Origin: Okamejei kenojei
Lineage: Eukaryota
Direction of reading: 5' to 3'
Length of the DNA: 64,000 bases
NCBI GenBank assembly: GCA_035221665.1
Contig: CM069135.1
Coordinates: 33,232,001 to 33,296,000 of the forward strand
Under the pieces are notes generated by a model. The model was not told the DNA's origin and searched no databases. It saw only the letters and a list, made by a program, of their open reading frames with translations. Within the stretch, counting starts at the first letter, position 1, and every line of letters begins with the position of its first letter. Made by a program: the position numbers and the translations under genes. Of the stretch, positions 1-14,043 are shown in pieces.

Positions 1-229
1 TGGGATTAGTGGCTTCAGAGACAGGAATAGACTGAAAGGTCATTTATGGCACCAAAGTGTTGACACTTTTCATTACTTACTCTGTCTACCTGAAAGCTGA
101 AATTATGATTTTTATCCAATCTGGATTTCCTGACCCAATTTGAAATCAGATTTTGCCTATTGCGAGCCAAAGTGAAATAGCTTGCATAATGGCCTTGATA
201 CTTCATACAAATACATGTACAGTCTAAAT

Positions 230-480
230 TTAGAACATAGAATAGTAGAGTACAAGAACAGGCCCTTCAGCCGACAATGTCTGTACCAAACATGATGACA
301 AGGTCAACTCCTATTGCCTGCACATGATCCATATCCCACCATTCTCTGCATATCCATATGCCTATCCAAGTGTCTCTTGAATGTACTATCCCAACCACCA
401 CACCAAGCAGCAAAATTGCAAGCACTCACTAGCCAGAAAAAAAAATGTGCCTTGTATATCTCCTTTGAATTTCTGACCTC
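230..480 (-). mobile_element. CR1/HER1-like LINE 3' end fragment
   Basis: agaacaggcccttcagcc...gcacatgatccatatcc is the reverse complement of the CR1 3' tail seen in longer copies in this window. Boundaries approximate. Confidence 0.6.
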
Positions 481-659
481 CTGCTAAGTTACTGCAGTTT
501 TCCACATCTTTACATATTGTTTTGTAGAACAAATGTGAATGAACCTGACTGCACTGCCATGATCTGCAATTGGTACTGTAAGATAATCATGGACCCTTGG
601 TACACAACATACAGGTTACATACAGCTCAGAGGATGGGTTTCTACAGCATTTATGCACT

Positions 660-1035
660 CACTCCCTTATCTTCAGAAATACACTGCCTTGGGAAAGCAG
701 TCAACATAATGACGGACCATTCACACCCCGGTCATTCCCTGTTTTTCCGATTGGACAGAAGATACAAAAGCTTGAAAGTACAGACCGCCAATTTAAAGAA
801 CAGCTTCTTCCCTGCTGCAATCAGACAACTGAACAACCCCCTCATAAACTAAGGGTGTAGTCCTGATCTCCCAACTTATCGCATTGTGGCCCTTGCACCA
901 TTATGATATAATGCTCCAAAACTATATTCTGCACTCTGTTTTTTTCTCCACTTTGCGCTGCCCGTTATACTGGCCTGCAGCTTCATCGTACTTATGTGCA
1001 GTATGATTTGATAGTGCACGTGACAATCATAAACC
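660..1035 (+). mobile_element. Rex1/Babar-like LINE 3' fragment
   Basis: ORF 517..852 ends ...HSHPGHSLF..RRYKSLKVQTANLKNSFFPAAIRQLN, a typical Rex/Babar ORF C-terminus. Followed by a 3' tail cacgtgacaat..aaaccaatacc. Confidence 0.7.
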
Positions 1036-2280
1036 AATACCAATTCCACAAACCTATGAGATCTGCTTTTTTCTCTTCAAGTTACCTGCCTGAACTGACC
1101 ACTCTGCTCGTCCTGGTCATTCTGCTACTGTGTCCTGTGTTTGTGGTTGGCCCATGCTTCCCAAGGTCCTCATGCTCTTATTGTTAACTTTCCAATTCAA
1201 TTATCAAAAACAAACCTTCTCCTCAGAAGTCACAGCAAAGCCAATGTGCTTTAAAAAAGACCAGGATGAATTGAGATTATTGGAAAGGTGGTAAGGAGCA
1301 CAGGCCTCGTGGTGAAGGACCAGCAAGAAGGCAGCAACTGGACACAGGAGGCAGAGAGTGGAGCAGCAATACATACAGAATGTGTGTTTCTAAAGATGTC
1401 TGAGTTTATTAGTCTCTGCTTGTACACAATTAAAATAATCTATGCATAACCACATACCAATATCTGGAGCTCTCGGCTAGACCATAAATCTGATCTTCCC
1501 CACAACAAAAGTTATGCACCACTGCCAAAGACTCTTCTTACAACTGAAGCCATCAATATCAATGGAAATTGAATCAAGATAGCCGAGTACCACTAGTCTG
1601 TATTGAAAAGTGAGTTTAATAAAATAAAATTGTGTTTCATTAGTTGTTCTTTTCCTTTCTTTTGTTGGAACTACATATTTGAAAGCTGCTGATGACAATT
1701 ACATTATTTAATTTATGACAAGTTAAAATCATCTCGATTTTTAGCATTCATTAATATAGCTATAAAGTTTAAAACTGTAAGAGAAAACTGTAAGCAGTAA
1801 TCTAAAAGGCATTGATGATTGAACGATCTGAGAATATCCCAAATATGATTCACACAAGGAGCAAAACTCTCATTGCTGTGTGCAAATGTGTTTCTGAAAC
1901 TGTACTTCATTCCAATTTTAGAGAAATCAGAAACACCTTTATTTACGCAAGCCTGCGTTGTTTTAAAATATGGATTGGAATAAATGTTCTAGACCCTTTT
2001 ACAATACATCTCTGAATATTTATCAGCATGTATCTCTGACACAAATAAGGTAGACACTGAGTGTGAATTAGTTCAGCTTTGGAGAAGGGCAAAAATGGTT
2101 CTGTGCATTTCATACAAGATAATTTTCTGAAAAAGTTAGAGAAATCTCATGGCAATAAAAATGAATACAAATAATTCACTTTGGACTGATGCAGAGCTTT
2201 GTTACACTAACATAGTACTATGAAGAAAAGTATAAATTTGCTGAAAGTAGTTATCAGAAGTTAACATACTTCTTCCCTAC

Positions 2281-2388
2281 CTTAATACACGATCTGAACC
2301 CTGGTTAGATTTTGTTGCCTCACTGCTATGATGCTTTTCTTGAGCTTTGGCCAACTTCTCTGCAGCAGCAATGGGACATCCAGAGAGA
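2281..2388 (-). CDS. MYT1L: MYT1L exon completing zinc finger 3
   Basis: Acceptor ctgttcccacag| and donor ATTAAG|gtaggg. Translates (S)[35 protein letters not shown](R). 108 nt, phase 2 to phase 2. Confidence 0.96.
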
Positions 2389-3751
2389 CTGTGGGAACAG
2401 AGAAACAATTAATCAATAGGAAGGGCAGCTCAAAGTCAAATGTACAGCAGTTAAAACACATGGCTAATTGCATCCGAGCAGTTGCAAATTTCAGAGAAGT
2501 AATTAAACAATACAGTTTTGTCAACATATCAAGACCTTAGAGCAGAAAATAAAAGTATTACATTTCTTTAAAAAAATCATGCAGACTCATTTCTGATTAC
2601 TGCATGCGACAATGCAATTTTTTGCTGAGCTATTGTAAGATAATTCATTGTTTTTTTTCAATGTACGATAAAGACTTTGTTCATCATGATGTTCTTAGGT
2701 TTTGTGAAACATCAGCCTGATAACATTACTTTGAATATCATCCATTACTTGAAGTAAAGCTTTTTAGAAAATTTCAGGCTATGTTAGGAACCATTTGATT
2801 TAGAAAGAAAGAAAGTGAGGTGAAAGATAAAGTGAATGGAAGGAACTGATAGTCAAGTTAGGAGAGATGCTTATCGTGCACTAACTAAACAGATGCATGA
2901 AAAGGAAATTCTAGATGGAAAATGCATTCCCACTATAAAGTTCTATGTTACGATTAGCTATTAATTGTGCTGCAGAATACAATGTTTCCAACTGCAGCGT
3001 TTGTGTGGAGCGGCAAGGTGGGTTGGAGGTTGAAGGAGCTGTGGGGGTATCAGGGCTTAAATTGGAAAAGGAGCACACATGCCTTATTTTGGATGTGGTT
3101 AATTTGGAGTCAGTCAAGGATATTTGAGAATGAAGAATACTTCAGCATTCTGAAGTATTATTTGATTATTTCTGGAATCCAACAATGTCCATGATCAACT
3201 GACTAACAAGTATTGAAGCAACTGCTGTTAATTCTAGAGCAGCACATATTGTACGTGATCCGTGGAAAAAGTTATCGGGTTGGTCTTCCTCATTCCAATC
3301 CAGTACTTTTAAAACAGTCTAGGTGAGTGATCATACGATTCAGTCAAAATTACAGGCTTGTTTGCAAATGCTCCAATAAAATACCTCTCCGGTGAACAGA
3401 TTTTTGCTCCATTGCTTCTTCCTCCCACATAAATGCACTGAGAGGGTAATCTGCCTGTACTCCATTCTGTGAACTGGTACAGAGCCTACTCTACCCATTT
3501 TCAGTACTGATCTCAAAGGTGGAAGAGGACCTATGGATCTATGGAATAATATTTAAGTTGGCAAAAGATTAGTTTGGGTTTCCAGCAAACACTTAGAAGT
3601 CAGTGTTTCTATTCTTTTATGAGTTGATGACAGGTCCAGCTAATGATGTGATGGGCAGGAAATGACAGATACCCATTTTATTAATCTACGGACCTAACTT
3701 TTCCATGACTTTTGTTCTGTTGTTACTAAAGTAAAGTAAAATCCTTGCTTA

Positions 3752-3883
<132 letters not shown>

Positions 3884-5959
3884 TCATAGAAGAAAAACAC
3901 AGGCAAGAGAGGAAATAAGTTTAGACTCCTAACCCAATTTGTTTAAATTTGCCTTTATCAGACAGAAGATCACATTTCGGTTTCCAATAGATATTTTATT
4001 TACTATAAAATAACAGCATCAGGCTGAAACAAGCCAAAAGATAGAAGAGATCCTTTTCATTATGAAAGATGCTATTCCTAATTGTTAGCTCTTTATGAAA
4101 CGATTTTCTCAAAGGTGCCACAACATATCTACAATAAAACAAAATGTATTATTTTGAAGTGCAAATTGTTACTTGAAATTAGTTGAAATACAATTGGTGA
4201 CTGTGACTCTAATATAAATATAAAGTGGAATCATAATGAAACAAATCTGATCAATATCATACGACACGATAGAACATTATTTATCCCAGGAGGGAAATTT
4301 ATTCCCCAGGTACCTATTAATGAATACCTTGAGGACATTTCATGTCAAATATCTCTATATGACAGCATCCTTCATTGTCCGAGCATTATCATGCTACTTG
4401 GGTAAACCCAAGTTTTCAAGAAGGAACATCAAAAGCAAAACCATTACATGTACTTTAAAGATGTTGATCTCACCACTTTATCTTTCATTATATTTAAGAC
4501 GTGCCTCAACTGGGCACCTAGATCTATTTCAGGGAAAGTAAAGCACTTCATAATTAAACAAAAATTCATTGAGCATAAGAAAAATTGACAACTGATAAAC
4601 AGATAAATACTAATAGTTCACAGGCTGCACAGAACATGGTAGACGGTTTGTAATTGAACACAGGTAGGAAGTAATTTTATCATGGGCCCTCCTGACCCTT
4701 CGCCCCAAGTGCAACAGAATTCCCTTAACAAAGGGAGCACAAGGGATTTTTTTTTAATTTCATGCACTGATCTTTTGCAAATATTACAAAATTGTGGGAA
4801 ATTCATGAGGAAAGTGTACCTCTTTGTTCTTTTTTTGCTTTTCTGTGATGAGGATTGCAGCTGATACAGTCCAGTGAGCACAGGTCACTCACTTTGCCAT
4901 TCTTTACAAATAAATCTTGATACCAACCTTTGGCACACCTTTTGTGGCCATCTACCGTCAATGAATTGGCACACACCTGGCACCTTCCTGGTTTGTACGG
5001 CTCAGCTTGATGATCGGTAAATATAAAGATGACCCCCGCATAGTGGCTGGTTGGGTTACCAAAATTCGCCCTTACAGAATTCACAAATCACAACCCCAAA
5101 AACTTGAGACAAGGAGTTTATGTGAAGTGAACTAATGTAAATAATTCAACACAAAATAATTGTAACTTGCATTTCTTGAGGCATGTACAAATGATGTGGC
5201 TTTATGTTATAGACAATTGCGACACAGCACATTAACAAGAGGGTCGCCTTTACTATCACAAAAACATAATTTGTTTTTCTCATAATTTGTGCCTTCTACC
5301 AGAATTTCAATTTCATTACAGTTACTTCACCCATGAAGAAGTTAGATGCACGAGGTAATTCCGAATATCTATGTTAAATACAGAAAAGTGAATCACTCAC
5401 AACCGGTCTGTGTCATGTGCATACAAACTTTTGTCTGTTACCCACATTATCACACATTCATAATGTTCAAAATCCATAATTCAAGGCAGAGTTATGATGT
5501 GCTACTGCACGGTGTGTTTAAAACATTCTTGCAAGTTCTCAAACTCTTAAGTTAAAATGTACTAACAATTAAATACACGTGTAAATATTAATTGGTGTTT
5601 GAATACACATTTTCTAAAACCTGGGATTGCATGAAGACCCAGGATTAGAGATTGAATGTGCCAAGCTAAATAGACTACTCATAGTATATTTCTGTAGAGC
5701 ACTATTTTTGTGATCACTCTTACTCATATCCAGAAGTTGTTTGTTACCTTGCATGTTCATAAGGCATAACCCGCTAACCTAATAGCCCTCACCTAGAATA
5801 TATGTCTACAGTCTGTGTCTGTACATCCCTGGTCTGCATGTGGAGGGCAAAATCCAAAATTTCAGTCGGGCAGTTTGATCCCAGTTCCTATGGAAATACA
5901 CTCTAAATGTCCTTGGCAGCTGGCCAAGCCCTGCCTCAGCTTTGTGGGCAATAATTGTG

Positions 5960-6250
5960 CAATAAAGATGCATACGTCAGGCTGTTGTTGTTAGACTACA
6001 GCTTGGCATTCATCACCATCATCCCCTTCAAACTGGTTACTAAGCTCAGGGAACTGGGTCTCTGCACATCCCTTTGCAATTGGATCCTCGATTTCCTCAT
6101 TACATTTAAAATACATTTAGACAGGTACATGGATAGGAAAGGTTGAGGGGAATATGAGCCAAATGGGAGCAACTTAGGTTGATGCCTTGGTTGGCATGGA
6201 CAAGTTGGGCTGAAAGGCCTCTTTTCATGCAGTATAACTCCACAACTATG
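5960..6250 (+). mobile_element. Rex/Babar RT fragment fused to a CR1 3' tail
   Basis: [42 protein letters not shown] (RT, D-x-S-x-AF motif) is directly followed by CR1-type [14 protein letters not shown] and the gggctgaaaggcct tail. Confidence 0.65.
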
Positions 6251-7014
6251 ACATAAATAGCTGAAAAATATCAAAGCAAAGAAAAATAATTTAAAGTAGT
6301 AACTTGCCTTCTCCTTTGCCTCTCAATCCTAAGACATTGCATAGGACACAAAAGATGAATCCCAGGTGCAATGTTGAGGAATCCCAGCAAGATTGGGCTC
6401 CATGTGGAGTCTACCGGCAGAGTAAACTGACACACATGGCCTTTTGAATCTGCCCACAGATATTTGGGACTTGCTGCCGTTGATATAGCTGATTGCTGGT
6501 GCTTCCGTTCAGAACTGTGAGCAGTAGTCAGCGAGCTTCAGCCCATTATCCTTGAGATTAACCAAAGAAACACTAATAGAATGGAGAATGGATAATTAAT
6601 TATTCAAGATCCCTTTCCCCTGCCAGTTGTTTGACCTCATTGTCCCTCAAAAAGAAGTTCGCTGTTTTGATATACCAGAGTCCCTGACTTCTGAAGTTAT
6701 AATGCCATTTAATAAAATAAAAATAGCACTCCATTCCTGTTAAATATGTGGGAAAGATAGCAAAATAAGAATTAATTTGCCTCCAGGGATAAGAGGTACT
6801 GGAAACTATTTTGGGAAACAATTAAATGGATAGAAAGAATTCCATTGGCATGTTAATCAAAGCTGGGTAGATCCACAGTCAGGTAAAAAATGCAGATCCT
6901 TTTTCTTGATGCCAGTGTCAGCAGTATAACTTGTGCTATGAATCAAATATTAAGATGCGTTTGCTTAAATAAGTCACCGACAATGGAAGGTGGAAGGTGA
7001 GGCTATAGTGGTTA

Positions 7015-7158
7015 CTTTAGTTTAGAGATATAGCGCAGAAACAGGCCCTTCGGCCCACCGGGTCCGCGCCAACCAGCGATCCCCGCACATTAACACTAGA
7101 GACAAGTTTTACATTCACCAAGCCAATTAACCTACAAACCTGTACGTCTTTGGAGTGA
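7015..7158 (-). mobile_element. HE1/V-SINE-like SINE, 3' part
   Basis: tttagtttagagata..gaaacaggcccttcggccc...aagccaattaacctacaaacctgtacgtctttggagtg is shared with full copies in the window. Confidence 0.8.
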
Positions 7159-9486
7159 GGCAACTCAAAAGATTAACCAAATGTGTATGTAAATGAAGAT
7201 GATGACAATAATTTAATATCCAGTTATTGCACAAGACTTCAATACTGGACTAACTCACCTGCAACATTAATACACTGCAACACTAAACAGCCAGCCAGTT
7301 CTTGAATTCCACCCATTGCAGTGCCTAATGAATGGCAAGGGCTCAAGTATTTATTCTTGACATCATGACAAAGAATTCGCTGACGCTCAATAGTGCTCAA
7401 CTATTAGCCAAACCAAAAGCAATGATTTTGTGACTCCAGGGCACAATGAATATTGTGGATATTAACCCCAAATTGAACATTTGTTCTGATAATTTATATG
7501 AAAATATCAAAACTGTCCCAAAATGAAAGTAATTTAAATTATTTCCGAAATAATTATAAATCTCTTATTGGCTTTGTCTTAAATCCACATGATCCAAACT
7601 AATCCTGTGTCATCACTACGTGCATTAAATACACAAAATCAAGTTATTTGCCCTTTACAGTAAATAAGTTATGAGATACCCGCTCCGTAGCAAATGACTT
7701 TGAGCTTGTAAAAGAATATATAAACCCTGGACATCTTAGGAAAAGACTCTATGCACTCTTGCATTGAGCTACAGAATTTGGGAAAGCGTCTGTTGATGAT
7801 AACACAGAACAAAGATTCAGACAAATTCTTAGATGAGATGAGTTTTAAGACTCATGGATACAGGAAAAATTGAACGATGTGACAGCATTTGGTGGTTTCA
7901 ATGGATACGCATTGTAATTGATCACTGACAACATGCGGTGCACAAAGTGAGCAAACGGAAAATGAAGATGATTAAAGAGGCAACAGGGAACATGCCAATG
8001 ATGGACAAACGCATCATAAGATGCATAGCAATGACATTAAAACAGAGCAATTCAAAGTCTTAACAAGGCACTACCTCCTAGTGCTTCCCAGAGATACCCT
8101 AGGAAATTTGCTAAACTCATGAAGACAGGTGATTTCATATGTAAAGAAGAATGTTATTTAAATTATTATCAGTCTTAGAGATGCACCTTTCAACATGCTC
8201 TCACAAGGGTTAACAACTTCTATTAAATCTGCAAAGGTGGTCCAGTGAACATATTGATGAACTATATTTTTAGGCTTCAAGTCTACTGAATAATTGAACT
8301 TTCCCTAACCCTGAATATCACCTAACATCTGTTAAATGTTTATTTCAGTGACTGGCCGAGGTAGCATTAATGTTTGGACCGGATACTTCCTTTCATGCTG
8401 AAGCCAAATCATTTGTGGGACAGGTAGATGGACAACACGACCTAACATCTCTAATTGCAATGAAGTACTTGAGAATAATAAATAAAGGGAAAAATGGGAA
8501 TAGATGTAAATCAATGGAATAAATCTGGTTAAAATGATTAGCGATAGGGTAAAATTTAATCAGCACTAACTCCATATTGAATGACTACAACCTTTTCTCT
8601 GTAACTATGATCTACTATGGACTTTATTTTTGTTGCAATATGAAAAGTTCAGTTTTGTGCTATTATAGTCTGGCTACTCAGTATTACTGATTATTAATTT
8701 ATTGTACTATTGCCTATTGTGTATTTTATTTGTTCATTAATTGCTTCAGTAGAAAGCATAGTTTCATTTTTCTCAGTTTCTGACACGATTGCAAGTAATT
8801 TCTTAATTCTATCATCTATTTCCATTTATAAAAAAATACAAATAAACAACTTTTTCCAATATATCTTCAATGTTCTTATTATGAAGCAGGAGCACTTGTA
8901 TTCTTGCTCAATCTTGCTCCAATTTAAAATAACCATGTGACCTGGGTTGCGTCAACTGCCCACAAACACTGCTCTCTGCACTCCAGCTGTGGACGGCCTA
9001 TCTTGTTGATCCACAGCATCCTGGAGTGGAGAAATTATGCTCTGCTCAGCGTCAAGGCTTCATATTAAAGTGATGTGGCCGGACCAGACATCATCCAACA
9101 AAGTCCTGTCCTTGCTTCTACCAACAGTCAAGACTGTTACAATTAATCAATGTTTCTCGTGAAAGAATTAAAAGCTTTTATTTTTAATACTAATAAAATC
9201 AACCAAAAGACAAGATATTTGATTCATAATAAAATATTTTATTCACAATAAACCTCACAAATAGTTAAAAAATAAACTTTCCTTTCTTTCTCTTGGCTAT
9301 TTTCAATCATAACTGCAAGCAATGAGCTAGCAAATACTGTGCCAGTTTAAACCTGGCACAGGATTTGAGTTACTCCAGCATTTTGAGTCGAGCTACAGGA
9401 TCTGAAAGCTGATTCCTATGTAAATTCCGTGACATGCCCAGAAGCGGAGTGTATTGAAACACAGCGCCTGTGCCACTGAAGAGTAA

Positions 9487-9644
9487 AGGGCCTGTCCCAC
9501 TTGGGCGTCAATTGCGCATCATTTACACGCCATCATTTACACGTCACGACGCACGACACGCGCGGCGCCCAGGATTTTGGGATGTTCAAAATCTTTGCGT
9601 GCCATCTGCGTGCCGTGCAAATGACGCCAAGTGGGACAGGCCCT
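9487..9644. mobile_element. PIF/Harbinger-type MITE (158 bp)
   Basis: TIRs AGGGCCTGTCCCACTTGG(G)CGTCA and TGACGCCAAGTGGGACAGGCCCT, flanked by TAA (9484-9486) and TAA (9645-9647). CpG-rich interior. Confidence 0.85.
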
Positions 9645-10144
9645 TAAAGCATTCCAGACTCCTGAATCAGACTATGCTTGAGCAGAAGTTCCAGACTTGC
9701 CAGAAACTCTGTTCAAAATAAACATCAAAATCTGGGCTTATACTTTTCAGTGAGCTGTTATTTTTCTGTCTTTTCTGATTTGGAATAGTCAAGGCTTTCC
9801 CCTTTTGCATCTTAAAATTTGACAAAGAACAGATAGGACTGCCATGCCTCATATCTTCACCAGTTCGCTCTTGCAACTACTTTTTAATTGAAGTGTTCAT
9901 TAAGTTGACACCAGCCACTCTAATTTATTTCTATGTCCAATTTTGTTCAACCAGGGGTTGCAAAGTGGGTCTGGATGTGCTGGGGTACAGTTATGCACTC
10001 AAAACAACTATTAACTTAACCCTGAATCAAATATGTGGTTGCCCATTTCCACAGCTGAAGTTGAAAACTATTTGAAGTTGATAAAAAAACAAAACATGGT
10101 GAGACAGAGGGCAAGTGTCACTGTGTTGATCATCATAGATCATG

Positions 10145-10285
10145 GGGTGGAAGATTGCAACCTTCACGTGGTCCGCCCTGTTTCGACTAATGCAATCAAC
10201 TCGACGTGCACAAATGGAAGATCAAATAGAACAAGTTGTTCAACAACTTTAGGCTGTGCACGCCACCCGAAAGAAGAAGAAGAAG
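10145..10285 (+). mobile_element. 5'-truncated retroposon 3' end with (GAA)n tail, RTE-like
   Basis: 13-bp direct repeat ATCATAGATCATG at 10132-10144 and 10286-10298. The insert ends ggctgtgcacgcc...gaagaagaagaag. Confidence 0.75.
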
Positions 10286-10524
10286 ATCATAGATCATGTG
10301 GCACCTGGGATCAACACAGTTTCACGGTCGACCAGCATATGAATTACTATTTGATGATTAGTGCTCCAATGGAAAAATAGGAAAAGAGAAAACTATTTGA
10401 GTCATAGTCACGCAGTGTGGAAACAGGTCCTTCGGCACAACTTGCCCACACTGACATCAAGCCCCATCTACACAAGTCACACCTGCATGCTTTTGGCCCA
10501 TATCCCTCTAAACCTACCCTGTCC

Positions 10525-11195
10525 AGAAAGCTGAAAGAGAGATAGGGGCAGGACAAAGCCTGGCAAGTGATAGATGGATACAGGGAGTTTTTTTGATTGG
10601 CCAGGGATGAAAATACAGTGTTAGATAAGGATATAAGTGGTCCACATTGTGAGGCCATTGGAAGGAACATAAGAGGAAGGAGATAAATTGGAAGGGGATG
10701 GGGAGGAAGGAGATGGGGTGGAAGGGGAAAGTACCCTCCCCAGGTACCTTTCCCCAAAATCGCAGGAGATGCAACACATGTCCCTACACCTCTTCCATCA
10801 CATCTATCCAGGGACCCCAGCAGACATTCCACATGAGAGAGAGGGTTCACGTGCACCTCTTCTATCCTAATCTGACCTTTGAAACCTTTGTAGCATTTGG
10901 TGTTCCCGATGTGGTATTCTTTACATCAACCAGACCAAGCGTAGATTATGCAGCCGTTTCACCAAACACGCACTCAATCTGCCAAGGCCTGCTGGATCCC
11001 TCAGTTGCTTACCCTGTTCATTTCCCTTCCCAATCCCATACTGATCTTTCTGTCCTGGGCCTCCTCCCATGCACAATTGGGAGGAACATCCCCTCATATT
11101 CTGCGTGGTTAGCTTTCAATCTAATGGTTTGAACATTGCAATCTCACATTTTAGGTAACTCACCTCCAAACAACACATTCCCTTCCCCCCACCCA

Positions 11196-11226
<31 letters not shown>

Positions 11227-11330
11227 ACACACCACCTCCTTTTTTCCCCTCCCTATGCTTCTGTTTGATCCCATTTATCCCCTCCCCTTCACAATGCAAC
11301 CCCTCAACCCCATTCTCCTGCCTTCGCTCC
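10525..11330 (+). mobile_element. Penelope-like element remnant (GIY-YIG endonuclease region) with an inverted 3'-derived segment at 10525-10730
   Basis: PGTFPQNRRRCNTCPYTSSITSIQGPQQTF, then after a frameshift CSRCGILYINQTKRRLCSRFTKH, which is a decayed CxxC-YIG-ETKR endonuclease motif. 10525-10610 resembles the hammerhead-adjacent repeat at 44870-44915. Confidence 0.75.
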
Positions 11331-11344
11331 ATAACCCCCGACAC

Positions 11345-11575
11345 TTGTACTAATCAAAGATTAGTCAATCTCTGCCTTAAAAATACCCACTGACTTGGCC
11401 TCCACAGCTGTCCGTGGCAATGAATTCCGCAGATTTACCACCCACTACTAAAGAAATTCCTTCTCATCTCCTTTCTAAAGGTACATCCTTTTATTCTGAG
11501 GCTATAGCCTCCGGTCCTAGACTCACCCACCAGTGGAAACATCCTCTCCACGTTCATTCTATCCAGGCCTTTTAC
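11345..11575 (-). mobile_element. CR1 LINE fragment
   Basis: tctgccttaaaaatacccactgacttggcctccacagc is the reverse complement of CR1 sequence at 40480-40520. Confidence 0.75.
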
Positions 11576-12539
11576 TATTCATTAAGTCTAGCCATGTACT
11601 TCACTGTGGACAAAACTATGTCAATCCGCAGATCTGTTATGGATAAAAGGCAGTGGAGAGAGAGTGAACATAAGCTTCAGTGGTGGGCACAAGCCTGGTC
11701 CAGCATCAAACATACTGTGAAGAAATTCTCAACTTCTCATAGCAAAAATATCATTAAGAAATCTTTTCTCACTATTTTTGGATTGGCCAGTTACTCCATG
11801 AACTTCCTGAAAATTTCCAATTGCAGTTGGGATCCACACCACTTGACAAAACACTGATTAGGAGGTAGCAAATACGCAACAGTCTGTTTTACAAGTTGTC
11901 TAATTCTGCTCTCCACTGACTTCAATGGAAAGGAAAATTGGACAAGGCATACCAGAGATTAGTGATTCGCCATTGCCTTTTTACACCCCCAAAATTGAAA
12001 ACATCATCCTTCAAAGCAGATTGCCTTATGTATATTGTGTTAATAATGCAACATGCGCACATTATACATTTACTGATGTATCCTTCCATAAATAATTTTT
12101 GTTTAAAAGGTTTTAGCACTGCAACAAGCTTGATATTCATCTGTGTCATTTCCTCCAGTTGTTTACATATCTATTGATTACAAGAGAGAGGTTGTATAAA
12201 GTGAAACTGAAATTGCCAGCAGTGCAGAATTGTTCAGAACTTGGCTGACACTGTGACAGCTTGGCTGACACTATGACAGATTTTGTTACCCATGTAAGTC
12301 AATTGGGATGAATATAAAATAGTATGTCGATTAACTGACATGAATCATCATTTGCATTCCACTTCTCTCTCTCTCCTCCCCCCCCTCCTCCCCCCCTCCT
12401 CCCATGGTACACCTTGGTGATGTGTCGGTACTGCACAGAAACTGATAGAAAAAATGACATTGCGTCGAGAGATATGGCAAGCTGCATATTTTAGGTAATT
12501 ACAAGTACGTTTACCTTTGCACTTTGAACTTGCTGTTCA

Positions 12540-12725
<186 letters not shown>

Positions 12726-13982
12726 TTACAGAGCTTGACAAAAATGTGTATCCCATCATATGGAGAGTGCAACTTATTTGATTAGCATGTTAATGAATGA
12801 GAAGGTCACCGATGTTGATCTCTTGTTGCCATCCTGATCACAACGAGAGGTGAGGACCACTTTGCCAATTTCCCCTTTAGATATTTGCCAATCGTTGGCC
12901 TGGGATATAACTTTAAATCATGGTTGAGTAGGGCATATGACAAGCTGCAATTTCACTAACTTCTGCCCAAGTGAATACAGTTGGCCTTGTTACAATGCAG
13001 CCAATGAACCCAGAGCTTCCATTTGGTGGTCATGGCTATCTGATCAATGAAGGTGTGCAGGGAATTGGGTGCAGAGGGAAGTACTCCCTTGAAGATGGTA
13101 GATGGGGGATTGGCAATCCTGTTTTTGTGCCAGAAAAGTATGCAGCAATACACTTAATGACCATTGTTTAAGCTACCTCATGCCAGAGAGCAATGATATA
13201 GGTTTAAAATGAATCCATATAACTTCTGAAATGAATCCTGATAACTTCTGAAATCACCTTTTATCAGTCATATCAGATGGAACTGGAATCAGACTACACA
13301 ATTTCTGTAAGGAGATTAAGTCAAAATTCTATTTAAGTGTTTGGATAAAAATATGAATTAATAAAAAACATTTGCAGAACCATGGCTTAAATGCCTTGAA
13401 TGTAGAAGGTTGGACGCTCGAATCGGAGGTTATAAAGTAAAGCAAGGAAACAACTTTTATTTATATAGACCTCCAAAGAAATATAGCACCCCACAGTTCT
13501 TCACTGGATAACTGTTGAACAAAATTTGGCCATAATACATATGAACTTGTGAGGGTAGATCATAAGTACATTTTAATGGCTACCTGAGAGGGTGAAATGG
13601 ATACTCAAGAGGAGAATTTACTTGCTTTACTTACATCTATCTACACTATAGAGGATAGAAATGCTTTATAGATAACAAAGTGAAAATAAGACACAATAAA
13701 TATGAAGAACTTAATGTCAATCAAGAAACATTTCTAGATAGCGTAATGTATCTAAATGTCAATTGTTGGCTGTCTGGAGTTTTGAATGGCCTCAGTGTAT
13801 TGAAAAATATCAAATGTAACATTGGTATTCAAGAAACCCGAGCACCCAGGAGAAGCCCATGGAATCACAGAAGACATGCAGACTTTACACAGATAACATC
13901 CAAGGTTATGATCGAACCCTAGATCTCAGAGTGATCGAGTCGTGCTTATACAAAAATCACAGGACATTAACAAGCAATCGTT

Positions 13983-14043
13983 AATTGTAGGTGAATAACC
14001 TTGTTGTACAAGGGCAATTGTAGGTGAATAACCTTGTTGTACA
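13983..14043. repeat. 28-bp perfect direct duplication with 5-bp spacer
   Basis: aattgtaggtgaataaccttgttgtaca occurs at 13983-14010 and 14016-14043. Confidence 0.9.
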
